Shown here: positions 9,142 to 19,049 of the stretch, piece after piece | Numbering within the stretch: the stretch's first letter is position 1 | Layout: each line of letters opens with the position of its first letter | Assembly: GCA_965231145.1 (NCBI GenBank) | Contig: OZ246420.1 | Location: 330,001-362,000 of the forward strand | Reading direction: 5' to 3' | DNA from: Candidatus Saccharimonadota bacterium | GTDB taxonomy: Bacteria; Patescibacteriota; Gracilibacteria; Absconditabacterales; Absconditicoccaceae | DNA: 32,000 bases | Program-made: the position numbers and the translations under genes | The notes under the pieces: model-generated | What the model was told of the DNA's origin: nothing | What the model saw: the letters and a program-made list of their open reading frames with translations, nothing else | Databases searched by the model: none

Positions 9142-9720
9142 ATGATTTACATCGATTCTAAAGAATTCCATTTCTCAGAGGCACAATTACCATTGCTTAT
9201 ACAGTGAGCGCATAAGATGTGATCTTCGCAGTTTACTGTGAGTACTGCAGTTGAGTTTTTCAATCAATGAAAAAAGATTCTTATGCTCACTGCGTATCAT
9301 ATGGCGAGAGACAAGTTCCTTAGCATGGTTGATGGCAATGTGAAAGAGGTGGGACTTGTAGATGATATAGACCAATATGAAAATCATTATAGTGAAAGAC
9401 AGGCTATTATCCTTAAGCCAGGTGATGAAAAATTGCTTCAGGAGGTTTGGCCACTCTTACGCGATAGAGATGAGAGGATAATTATTTTAAAGAATATAGA
9501 AGGCTTTTCTGCTGAAACATTTCAGCTGGTAAAAGATCATCCGAAGCTCATCCTTTCTGGTGATGTAGATAAGAGCCCAGCGCTTGAACTGATTAAAAAC
9601 ATACCGTTTTCATCGAAGATATTCTTTTCGCCGTCTGTACTTGTTGATGACCTGCCAACGCTTGAAAAATACCATGGACGATATACATCCAAAGATCAGA
9701 CGGGGATAATAACTTTGTAA
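9142..9720 (+). CDS. hypothetical protein (192 aa if started at 9142; 145 aa if started at ATG 9283)
   Basis: Frame is free of TAA/TAG from 9115 to TAA at 9718-9720, with three TGA upstream of 9283 (9205, 9220, 9268). No family recognised. The start is uncertain because 9124-9160 overlaps the heptad spacer. Confidence 0.5.
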
Positions 9721-9822
9721 TTACGAATATCATTATTCTCCATTCTTCGTGAGAAATTCTGAATAGATATAGAAAATACTAAAGAGAAAGCCATGATTGG
9801 TTTTCTTTTTTAGTATTCAAAT

Positions 9823-10866
9823 ATGCGTATGTCTACAAAAACAAAAATTATTATCATGGCGATTATTGTTCTCACATTCGCCATTCTCTTTTTCCAACGC
9901 GGTCTGAGGCTGCAGATAGGAAGCAATCAGTACCATGCAGAGCAGCAGCAGATATTCTCGGGACATCTGATTAATGTAACATGACAGTTGCTCATGTCAT
10001 GGAGTGATGACACATTAGATATATGGCAAAAGACTGTGGAGGCGAGTCGTAGTGTTGATTTTTGGCTGTATGATTTTACGTATCAACCGCTGCTTGATAG
10101 CTTTAAGAAGCTTGCGCGTACTGGCGTGAAAATACGTGGCATCATCGAAAATCAGCTCTATGGAAATAACTCCAAGAACTTCAATAAACTCCATAAGATC
10201 TTTACATGAGTATATCATATAGACATCCATTCAGACGAAGCGCTGCGCGATAATTTTATGCATGCAAAGACCTTTCTCTTAGATGATGCGTTTATCATAC
10301 AAACTGCTAATCTTGGCTATGCAGCTTTCTTTAACAACAGGGAGTTTTTCTTCATAAGCCATGATCCTATTATAAAAGAGAACTTAGAAAAACTCTTTGC
10401 GAAGGATCGGGCAGGGCAAAAGTTGGAACCTGAGGACATACATCCTAATGTGCTTTTCTGCCCGATCGACTGTAGGCATAAGACTGAGACTATTCTCTCG
10501 GGAGCGAAGCGTTCTATTCGGATGTACCAACAATATATTGTTGATCCGGCTATTCTCTCATTACTTACCGGCAAACAAGAGGGGAATATAGACATTAAAC
10601 TTATAGTTGGAGATAATAATCAGAAGGAAACTATTTTAAAAACATCCCGACTTGTCGGGATGACACACGTCTGGAAAAAACCATACGTGCATGCGAAGAT
10701 GATCTTAGTTGATGAGACTTATCTGATAGTAAGTAGTATCAATATGTCTGCCAATTCCATCGATCAAAATAGGGAGATTGGAATTGTCATTATTGATTCG
10801 GCTCTGATTAAAGCTTTTAAGCAGCAGTTTGAGAGGGATTGGGCCAAATCACAACCGAAAGAGTAG
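9823..10866 (+). CDS. phospholipase D superfamily protein with two HKD motifs and an N-terminal membrane anchor, 347 aa
   Basis: Three same-frame pieces joined across TGA 9982 and 10207. N-terminal helix IIIMAIIVLTFAILFF. HKD motif 1 is HAKTFLLDD. HKD motif 2 is HAKMILVDETYLIVSSINMSANSIDQNRE. Ends TAG 10864-10866. Confidence 0.85.
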
Positions 10867-10908
10867 ACATTTTTATGTTGCAATTGCTACAAAAAACCGC
10901 TATTGTAG

Positions 10909-12486
<1,578 letters not shown>

Positions 12487-12489
<3 letters not shown>

Positions 12490-12573
12490 TTCTCAATTCT
12501 CAGTTCGAAATTTTCAATAAAATATTGAGTAATTATTGAGCATTGAGCCTTTAGAATTTGGAATTATAGGAAA
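12487..12573. repeat. intergenic spacer made entirely of 7-nt periodic repeats with mirrored arms
   Basis: From the metG TAA to the dtd ATG: TAATTCT CAATTCT CAGTTCG AAATTTT CAATAAA ATATTGA GTAATTA TTGAGCA TTGAGCC TTTAGAA TTTGGAA TTATAGG AAA. The left-arm unit CAATTCT is roughly the reverse complement of the right-arm AGAATTT. Confidence 0.75.
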
Positions 12574-13020
12574 ATGCGTTTCATGATCTCCGTTGTAGAC
12601 AATGCAACAGTCAAAATAGCTGAGCATAGCTATGAAGCAGCCATTGAAAAATGACTGCTGATCTATGTCGGTATCAGCAAAGAAGACATAGAGAGCTATG
12701 AAGAAAAGATTGCTAAGTTCGTTGAAAAGATCAGCGTGCTCAAATGCTTTCATGTCGATGGTAAGATCAACTCATCGATAGACGAAGTGCATGGGTCAAT
12801 ATTGCTCATTAGCAATTTCACGCTCTATGGTAGATCAGAAAAGTGACAGAAATTAGATTTTTCGCAGAGTGCAGACTATGAAAATGCGGAGAAGATTTAC
12901 AATGCATTGATCGAAGCTTTGCGCGCAAAAGGACTCAGAGTGAAAACAGGGATTTTTGGTGCATATATGGAAGTAAGCTCAGTTAATGCTGGTCCGATCA
13001 ATTTCTTGCTCGATTATTAA
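12574..13020 (+). CDS. dtd: D-aminoacyl-tRNA deacylase, 148 aa
   Basis: Not in the ORF track because two in-frame TGA split it. Translation reads ...LLISNFTLYGRSEK-G-QKLDFSQSA...KTGIFGAYMEVSSVNAGPINFLLDY, matching the Dtd signature (SQFTLYG ... GxFGAxMxVxLxNDGPVT). The listed minus ORF 12514-12753 is antisense to it. Confidence 0.88.
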
Positions 13021-13096
13021 TCTCTTGCAAAACAATTTTCTCGGGGTATAATTTATTTTCGTCAAACAAAAACTCAACGATAAATACGATAATAAT

Positions 13097-13633
13097 ATGG
13101 ATAAAAAAGAACTTAGTAAGCGATTGAAATTTGGTGAATTTATTGCTGCATATGAACAATGTGGCGATGAAGATGCTGCCTTTTCTGTGGGGCGTATAAG
13201 GTCTATAACTATCAATGCTCATCAGGCATGTACTATAGTTATTGGATCGCCTGAGGGGAGGCATGCCTCGTCTTTGCAAATTACCGTATATAGTCAGGAT
13301 TTTCTCATTGGTTATGAGAATAAAGATGGATATGTAGGTCAGTATGTGCTTTTCTCGTATATGAAACGATATGAGCAAATATGGCTTCATGCCTTTACGC
13401 CTGATGTTAACTGTTTATTGCAGGATGTTATTCCAGAAAAATATACTACAGCATTTGAATCTTCTATTGGCGAAGATCAGATTGAAATCCTGCACCATAA
13501 AAAAAGAGCCCGTTATAAAAGGCCTTTGTTTACTCTCTTCGCTATGTTTCTTCTATGGAAGAAGAGGAAAAAACTTGAAAAGAAGAAAGAACAAACTGTA
13601 GAAAGTAATGTTGTTATCACAATAGCAGAGTAG
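13097..13633 (+). CDS. hypothetical protein with C-terminal membrane anchor, 178 aa
   Basis: ATG-to-TAG ORF without TGA. C-terminal helix PLFTLFAMFLLW followed by a KR-rich tail. A terminator follows immediately. Confidence 0.6.
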   Translation: MDKKELSKRLKFGEFIAAYEQCGDEDAAFSVGRIRSITINAHQACTIVIGSPEGRHASSLQITVYSQDFLIGYENKDGYVGQYVLFSYMKRYEQIWLHAFTPDVNCLLQDVIPEKYTTAFESSIGEDQIEILHHKKRARYKRPLFTLFAMFLLWKKRKKLEKKKEQTVESNVVITIAE

Positions 13634-13656
13634 GTTATTATAACCTACTTTTTTTG
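13631..13656 (+). terminator. intrinsic terminator
   Basis: TAGGTTAT/ATAACCTA hairpin followed by T7, overlapping the TAG stop of the 13097-13633 gene. Confidence 0.75.
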
Positions 13657-14544
13657 TTACCCAAAAAGCCCGCCCTGTGTTGGTAGAGTATACGTTTTTT
13701 TTAGTGCGTCGATTCCTTTTTCTAGTGACATAAACTGATACTTGTTGATCAAGATCTCTTTCCAGTGTGAGAAATCTATGTTATTTTCGATGACCTTAGG
13801 ATCAATATCTGTCCATCCTGGTACTTCCATCCATGTGACGAGTTTCTTGCTCTTTAGCGCCATCTCTTTGTCTGCGATAAGCTTTTCTTTGATCCCGCCA
13901 TTGATTTCATCGATATGCTCATAGATGTTTTCTATCGTCTTGTATTGCTTAATAAGATCGGCAGCTCCTTTCGGTCATATTCATTTCACACCCGGGATAT
14001 TGTCGCTGCTGTCTCCGATAATCGCTAAGTAATCAGCAAAATATTTTGGTTCAAATCATCGCTCATTTATAAAAGAGTCTTTGGTTGTTACTATTTCCTT
14101 CATCGGATCGCTACATACAACGCAATCGTCCAGAAGGATCTTCAGATCCTTGTCGCTCGTCATGATCGACACTTGAGAAAATTTCTTGCACTGATGTGCG
14201 AGGGTAGCAATAATATCATCCGCTTCATAACCCGGAAGCTCAGCATTGTTAATATTCAATTCCTTGATTATATCTTTTGTTGCTCTGATCTGCCATTTGA
14301 AGTCGTCTGGCAGCTCTGGTCTTTTGCCTTTGTACTCAGTAAAAGACTCGTGTCTAAGTGTCTTATGAGGCGCATCCCATGCTATCAGAAAATAGTCAGG
14401 CTTGCTCGACAGCGCCTTAAAGATCATTCTCAAGAATCCATAGATTGCATGCACAGCATGTCCGTCTTTGTCTGTAAGGGGAGGAAGTCCATAGTAAGCT
14501 CTAAACAAAAATCCTGATCCATCGACTATATATAGCGTTTTCAT
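13657..14544 (-). CDS. 5'-3' exonuclease (Pol I N-terminal / FEN-like), 295 aa
   Basis: ORF pieces 14056-14616 and 13657-13863 share a frame and are joined across TGA at 14058, 13983, 13977. MKTLYIVDGSGFLFRAYYG, GYEADDIIATLA, LIIGDSSDNIPGVK-G-I-G-PKGA (H3TH). The start is taken at MKT (14544), not the upstream ATG at 14616. Confidence 0.9.
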
Positions 14545-14559
14545 TTTTCTCTCATCTAT

Positions 14560-14636
14560 AATGTTAAATGCAAAATGTTGAATGTTGAATACAATATCGT
14601 ATTTCTCATTTAACATTTAAAATTCATCATTTTTTA
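14560..14636. repeat. 7-nt periodic spacer in a divergent promoter region
   Basis: AATGTTA AATGCAA AATGTTG AATGTTG AATACAA TATCGTA TTTCTCA TTTAACA TTTAAAA TTCATCA TTTTTTA. The arms are mutually inverted (AATGTTAAATG / CATTTAACATT). Lies between the exonuclease start (14544, minus) and the tsaE start (14669, plus). Confidence 0.7.
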
Positions 14637-14668
14637 GTATATTAGCGGTGATTTAATTTGTAAGGAAT

Positions 14669-15070
14669 ATGATGATTATTGCAACACCAGAGGAGATGGT
14701 AGCATATGGAAAACAAATAGGAGAGAAGTACAATTTTGTCTTGCTCGATGGTGAGCTTGGTGCTGGCAAGACGCATTTCGTGAAAGGCTTTGCTGCTGCG
14801 AAGGGTGTCGATTCGAACGAGATCAACAGTCCTACCTACACATATCTGCACGAACATGGAAACACATTGCTTCATATGGATATGTACAGGATCGAAGATC
14901 CGGAATTTCTGATGCATAAAGGCTTACTTGAAAAGATCCATAGCTATCCATCCGTTATCATTGAGTGGCCGAGGTTTACTGAGCAATATGCAGATCATAC
15001 GCGAGCACATATTCACATCACGAAAACTTCACCAACTCAAAGAGAGGTCATCTTAAATCTTAAAGCTTAA
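14669..15070 (+). CDS. tsaE: tRNA threonylcarbamoyladenosine biosynthesis ATPase TsaE, 133 aa
   Basis: LDGELGAGKTHFVKGF P-loop, INSPTYTY motif, HMDMYR. Ends TAA. Confidence 0.88.
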   Translation: MMIIATPEEMVAYGKQIGEKYNFVLLDGELGAGKTHFVKGFAAAKGVDSNEINSPTYTYLHEHGNTLLHMDMYRIEDPEFLMHKGLLEKIHSYPSVIIEWPRFTEQYADHTRAHIHITKTSPTQREVILNLKA

Positions 15071-15117
15071 AACTAAAAAAGATTTTGGATTTCAGTTTTT
15101 AGTTTTTAGTTGTTTGT
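15071..15117. repeat. 7-nt periodic spacer / hairpin between tsaE and nth
   Basis: AACTAAAAA ... TTTTTAGTT 9-bp inverted repeat. Right side reads TTTGGAT TTCAGTT TTTAGTT TTTAGTT GTTTGT then ATG, with T(G/A)G or CAG at 15086, 15093, 15100, 15107. Confidence 0.7.
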
Positions 15118-15786
15118 ATGAATAAAAGAGAAAAGATTGACATAATTTTTGAAGAATTAGGAAGACGCTTTGGTGGTTCGACGACGGAACTACAATATGA
15201 GACGCCGTTCCAACTCCTTATCTGTGTTATGCTTTCTGCGCAGACAACCGATAAACGTGTAAATATGATCACACCGGCATTGTTTACAAAATATCCTGAT
15301 GCTGCAGCCATGAGTAAAGCTACTGCAGAAGAGATACTACCGTTTATCCGTACGGTAAACTATGCAAATGGTAAGTCGAGATATCTCTCAGACACGGCAA
15401 AGAAAATAGCCGCTCGGCAAAAAGAACATAAGACAGATATGATACCTTCGACTATACAAGAGCTGACAGCATTGCAATGAGTCGGTGAAAAGACCGCAAA
15501 AGTGTTGCTCAATACATTGTTCGGAGAGAAAGTGATTGCGGTCGATACGCATGTGCATAGAGTCTCGAACAGACTATGATTAGTGAAAACGAATTCACCG
15601 CTGCAAACGTCAAAGTATCTTGAAAAGATCGTACCAGAAAAATATAAGTCACGAGCGCATCATGGATTGATATTCTTTGGACGTTATACATGTACGGCAG
15701 TCAAACCGAAATGTAGTGAGTGTCCATTTCAGCAGATATGTCCGTACTTTGCTCGCATATTAAGTAAAAATTGAAAACATCGTTAG
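15118..15786 (+). CDS. nth: endonuclease III, 222 aa
   Basis: Pieces 15118-15480 and 15583-15774 joined across TGA 15478 and 15577. The apparent stop TGA at 15772 is read through to TAG 15784-15786. HhH LQ-G-VGEKTAKV, VDTHVHRV, 4Fe-4S ligands CTAVKPKCSECPFQQIC. Confidence 0.93.
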
Positions 15787-15860
15787 TAGCAAATAGATTA
15801 TAGATGTTAGATTATAGCATCTTGCCAATATTTAAAATCCAATATCTAATTGCTTTATTT
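15784..15860 (+). repeat. 33-nt TAGCAA heptad element, copy 2, plus a degenerate inverted arm
   Basis: TAG(stop) then TAGCAAATAGATTATAGATGTTAGATTATAGCA (15787-15819), with TAG at 15787, 15794, 15801, 15808, 15815. The downstream arm CTTGCCAATATTTAAAATCCAATATCTAATTGC is its degenerate reverse complement. Confidence 0.85.
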
Positions 15861-15880
15861 TATTAAGTAAGTTAATAAGT

Positions 15881-16513
15881 ATGCTAGAACCAATCTGGTG
15901 AGTAGAGCTGTTACAAAAACTCAATGAGTTTGTCAGTCAGTCGGAGAATATATTTAATGTGACGGCATGAATTGCTGATTATCCAATATTTCTTATTCCT
16001 TTGTTTCTCCTTATCCTTTATTTTGGATATGGTGTAGCAAAGAAAAATAAAGATGCAAAATATGGGGCTTTGCTTATTGTCGGAGCAGCTATTACGGCTA
16101 CTATTCTTAATATAGTAATTCAATATTTTATGGATAAAGCAAGGCCAGAGACAGCGCTCATGAGTGCGGGACGTCTGGTTATGAAGCATCTTCCAACCCA
16201 ATCATTTCCATCTGATCACGCTGCGGTTTCCATGGCTATTGCACTGGCTACGCTTTGGCGATCGTATAGAATATCTCAGAAAAAAACTGTCATCATTCGA
16301 TGACGGATATTGCTGATATGATCTCTCCTTATGTCGGTTGCTCGTGTAGCGGTGGGAGTACACTGGCCGACGGATATTATTGCAGGATGGATTGTGTGAT
16401 TGGTAGCAACTTGTATTATCTTTATGCCACCAGTAAAGAGATTGCTTGAGAAATATGTTATTGGCTATGTTGTGCAGTTTCAGGAATGGCTCTTTGGTCG
16501 TTTCTCTCGCTAA
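15881..16513 (+). CDS. PAP2-family phosphatase (undecaprenyl-diphosphatase / lipid phosphatase type), 210 aa
   Basis: One frame across 5 TGA. PAP2 motifs DKARPE (KxxxxxxRP), PSDH (PSGH), ARVAVGVHWPTD (SRxxxxxHxxxD). Multiple hydrophobic helices. Ends TAA 16511-16513. Confidence 0.85.
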
Positions 16514-16526
16514 TTATGATAAAAGA

Positions 16527-16559
16527 AAAAAGATAGTAGAGTTCTCTGCTATCTTTTTC
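16527..16559. terminator. bidirectional intrinsic terminator
   Basis: AGATAGTAGAG / CTCTGCTATCT hairpin flanked by an A-run on the left and a T-run on the right. Sits between the convergent stops at 16513 (plus) and 16566 (minus). Confidence 0.65.
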
Positions 16560-16565
16560 GTATGG

Positions 16566-17987
16566 CTATTGTTGTTTCTTTGGTTCTTGTTCCGTAGGTT
16601 TTGTTTCAGTAGTTGGTTTGTTGCCTGTAGTAGCTACCGGCTTTGTGGTAAACTTGTCCATAAGATCATGTCATGTAAAGCTACTTTCATTTGCGAGAGT
16701 AGTCATGTATGCTGGTTTCATCTGGTCTGTCAGAGAGAGGAATTCATTTGGTAGAGTATAGTTCTTATCAGTGATGCCAAGAACTCTTGAGACATATTGT
16801 ACGCAGTTATACTTGTCAGCTTCTACCGATGCACCGTTATTGAGCAGCGAATTGACGCTTGAAAGAGGGTTGTATTTCGCAACTTTCTGATCATTTTCTC
16901 CTGTTTTTTCGTTGATATATTTTTTCACATTTGCTTTCATCTGATCAGAGGTGTTCATCACAATAACATCTGATGGGAATTTTTTCATATAGTCCTGAAG
17001 ATTAACATTGTATTCAACTCCTGTTCCACCAGATAGTTTTTCACCTGCGTGAGAAAACTGCAGAGGACTCTCATTGGTAATCACAATACTATGTGTTGCA
17101 TCCACATCGTTGTCGGAGAGGTTATTGATGAGATTCCCTCCGATGCCAGCATTTTCTTTATTGAGCAGGAGAACATCTCCGATATGGAGTTTACCTGCAA
17201 GCATCTCATACGTAGTAAGACTAGGCTTATCTTGTAAACTTACATAGTCATCCATACGGCTTTTACCGTATACATATCCAAGTTTTTTCTTTATGTTTGT
17301 TGCGTTGTCGATCAGCGACTGCATATCGGCTATGGTTTTCATCAGGTCTGTTTTCTTTGGATTTTGACTTAAGACATTTTGTACTTCTTGTTGTACCTTT
17401 GCGAAATCTCAAAATCCAAGCGTATTTTTCCCATTGAGCATGTCGGTTCCGAAGAACACATTTCTGACATACTCCCATGCCTTTTTCAAAGCCATGGCTA
17501 TCTGAACAGGATCTTGGCTTTTCATAGCTTCTTGAAGATCCTTGAAAACTTGTCCAGTCTCAGGATTGGTCGCGAGGGCAGGATCTGATTCGATATTTTT
17601 CTGCATATCCTGCGCTGTCTTGTCGTTTACGATGAGAGGTTTCTTTTCTTCTTCTTTTGCTTCCGCTTTCTTCTCTTCTTCTGTCTTTGCAGCTGGCGTT
17701 GTCTTATTTGCCTCAGGATTTACCAGTCCTAAGTCAGCCATCAGTTTTTCTGTAGCTTTCTTTGTTTCTGGATCGGTATTTGGATCATTCAGAATATTCT
17801 GGAGCGACGGAGCAAGACAATATTTCAATATTTCTCCGTTTTTTGGATCTTTACAATAATCAATAAATTCCTTCCTGTGTTCAGGATGGTCAAGGATATC
17901 TTTGCTTTCTTTGATATCTTTTGCGGTGATACCATTGTTGACAGCAGTTTCTATTTTCTGAAGTCCTTCCGGATTTTTAGGTGCCAT
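16566..17987 (-). CDS. hypothetical 473-aa protein; C-terminal half possibly a permuted NlpC/P60 (YiiX/C92-like) hydrolase
   Basis: ORF pieces 17409-17987 and 16671-17342 are one frame, joined by TGA 17411-17409. TGA 16673-16671 is read through for 34 more codons (Thr/Pro/Lys-rich tail) to TAG 16568-16566 beside the terminator. Ordered motifs GDVLLL ... DATHSIVI ... FSHAG ... KYNCVQYVSRVL fit a His-before-Cys permuted papain fold, but this is a weak manual match. No signal peptide or TM helix. Confidence 0.7.
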
Positions 17988-18002
17988 AGTGACAATGAAA
18001 TA

Positions 18003-18293
18003 TTATAAATGTTTCAACATTACTTCTAATTGACCGCACTCTTGCTCGCTCTGGAGTAAGTCTGCTTTTTCCAGTTCCTTAATCTTTGCCAGCAGCTCTG
18101 CGCTTTTTCTGAGTTTTTCCTTCATGATAGTGCCTTTGACGCTTCCCATTGCTTGTCTGAAAAAGTCGATCAAGCCGTCAAGAGCTTGGTCGTCAAGCTT
18201 GCCTAACAATGCAAATCTCTTGAGATCTTTTGCCATCGGCCAGTCTTTCTCTAAAGAGGAGAGGATCATGATGATGTAATCTTTTTTTGTCAT
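18003..18293 (-). CDS. small hypothetical helical protein, 96 aa
   Basis: ATG-to-TAA ORF without TGA, ending 15 nt upstream of the 16566-17987 gene on the same strand. No family recognised. Confidence 0.6.
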   Translation of the reverse strand: MTKKDYIIMILSSLEKDWPMAKDLKRFALLGKLDDQALDGLIDFFRQAMGSVKGTIMKEKLRKSAELLAKIKELEKADLLQSEQECGQLEVMLKHL

Positions 18294-18306
18294 TATTTAC
18301 ACCTTA

Positions 18307-18420
18307 CAACTAAAATCTTCAAACTGAAAACAAAAGGTAATAATGTCTTTATTATAATGATTCTTTTTATATCTCGATGATTTAGGTTTTGAGTTTTCAG
18401 TTTTTTGCTATTTCTGGTAG
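18307..18420. repeat. 7-nt periodic arms in the divergent region upstream of tRNA-Arg
   Basis: Left arm: CAACTAA AATCTTC AAACTGA AAACAAA. Right arm: GATTTAG GTTTTGA GTTTTCA GTTTTTT GCTATTT CTGGTAG (18379-18420). The arms are roughly inverted (AAACTGAAAAC / GTTTTCAGTTT). Confidence 0.65.
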
Positions 18421-18461
18421 ACAATTAAGTAAATATGTGATATGATATGTGTCATTTTGCG

Positions 18462-18489
18462 TTGCATTTACCCGGCAAATGAGTATACA
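18462..18489 (+). promoter_or_regulatory. candidate promoter for tRNA-Arg (TTGCAT-16-TATACA)
   Basis: Hexamers at 18462-18467 and 18484-18489, 16 nt upstream of the tRNA 5' end. Confidence 0.3.
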
Positions 18490-18505
18490 TTTCCTGCTAT
18501 GCCAA

Positions 18506-18577
18506 GCCCTTGTAGTTCAACGGATAGAATAGGCCCGTCCTAAGGGTTAGATGGTGGTTCGATTCCTCCCAGGGGTA
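18506..18577 (+). tRNA. tRNA-Arg (anticodon CCT at 18539-18541)
   Basis: Hand-folded cloverleaf. Acceptor GCCCTTG/CAGGGGT (G1-U72 and U5-G68 wobbles). D arm GTTC-AACGGATA-GAAT. Anticodon arm GGCCC-GTCCTAA-GGGTT. T arm GGTGG-TTCGATT-CCTCC with one U-U mismatch. Discriminator A. CCA not encoded. Confidence 0.65.
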
Positions 18578-18668
18578 AACTTATCGCCGCATATGCAAAT
18601 AAGCGACCTTTATAGGGCTAAAACCTCTGAGGTATGCTCATATCTTTTATCTTATTATTTTACTTACG

Positions 18669-18935
18669 ATGACTATGAAAGACGACCTTCTCAAAGTGGC
18701 AGAGCCATTTAAGAGACATGAAAATGACAACGGTTCTCCGGAAGTACAAATCGCAATCCTTACTTATGAAATCAGCATGCTTCAGGATCACTTGAAACAG
18801 CATGATAAAGACGTAGATGCGAAAAGATCACTTTTGAAGAAAGTAGCAAGAAGAAGAAAATTTACGAAGTATCTTAAAGACACAGATCTTGAGAGATATA
18901 ACTTAGTAGCGAAGAAACTCGGACTTAAAGCATAA
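18669..18935 (+). CDS. rpsO: 30S ribosomal protein S15
   Basis: GSPEVQIAILTYEISMLQDHLKQHDKDVDAKRSLLKKVARRRKFTKYL...RYNLVAKKLGLK matches the S15 signature. Ends TAA. Confidence 0.93.
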   Translation: MTMKDDLLKVAEPFKRHENDNGSPEVQIAILTYEISMLQDHLKQHDKDVDAKRSLLKKVARRRKFTKYLKDTDLERYNLVAKKLGLKA

Positions 18936-18945
18936 ATATTATTTA

Positions 18946-19027
18946 TAGCAACTAGCATGTAGCGATTAGATTCTAGCATTTTCTTGTGCTAATTGCTAAC
19001 TGCCAACATCTAACTGCTGTTTTTTTA
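18946..19027 (+). repeat. 33-nt TAGCAA heptad element, copy 3, with inverted TGCTAA arm and T-run (terminator-like)
   Basis: TAGCAACTAGCATGTAGCGATTAGATTCTAGCA (TAG at 18946, 18953, 18960, 18967, 18974), loop TTTTCTTG, then TGCTAAT TGCTAAC TGCCAAC ATCTAAC TGCTG, then T7 (19020-19026). Confidence 0.85.
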
Positions 19028-19049
19028 TCCCTTAACGTTTTAATAATTA

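Noticed and set aside
12514-12753. Minus-strand ORF of 79 aa.
   Set aside because: The plus strand here encodes a full-length Dtd once two TGA are read as Gly.
16446-16754. Plus-strand ORF of 102 aa (Phe/Leu/Cys-rich).
   Set aside because: It spans the bidirectional terminator and runs antisense to the read-through tail of the 16566-17987 gene. Its hydrophobic low complexity is typical of antisense T-rich sequence.
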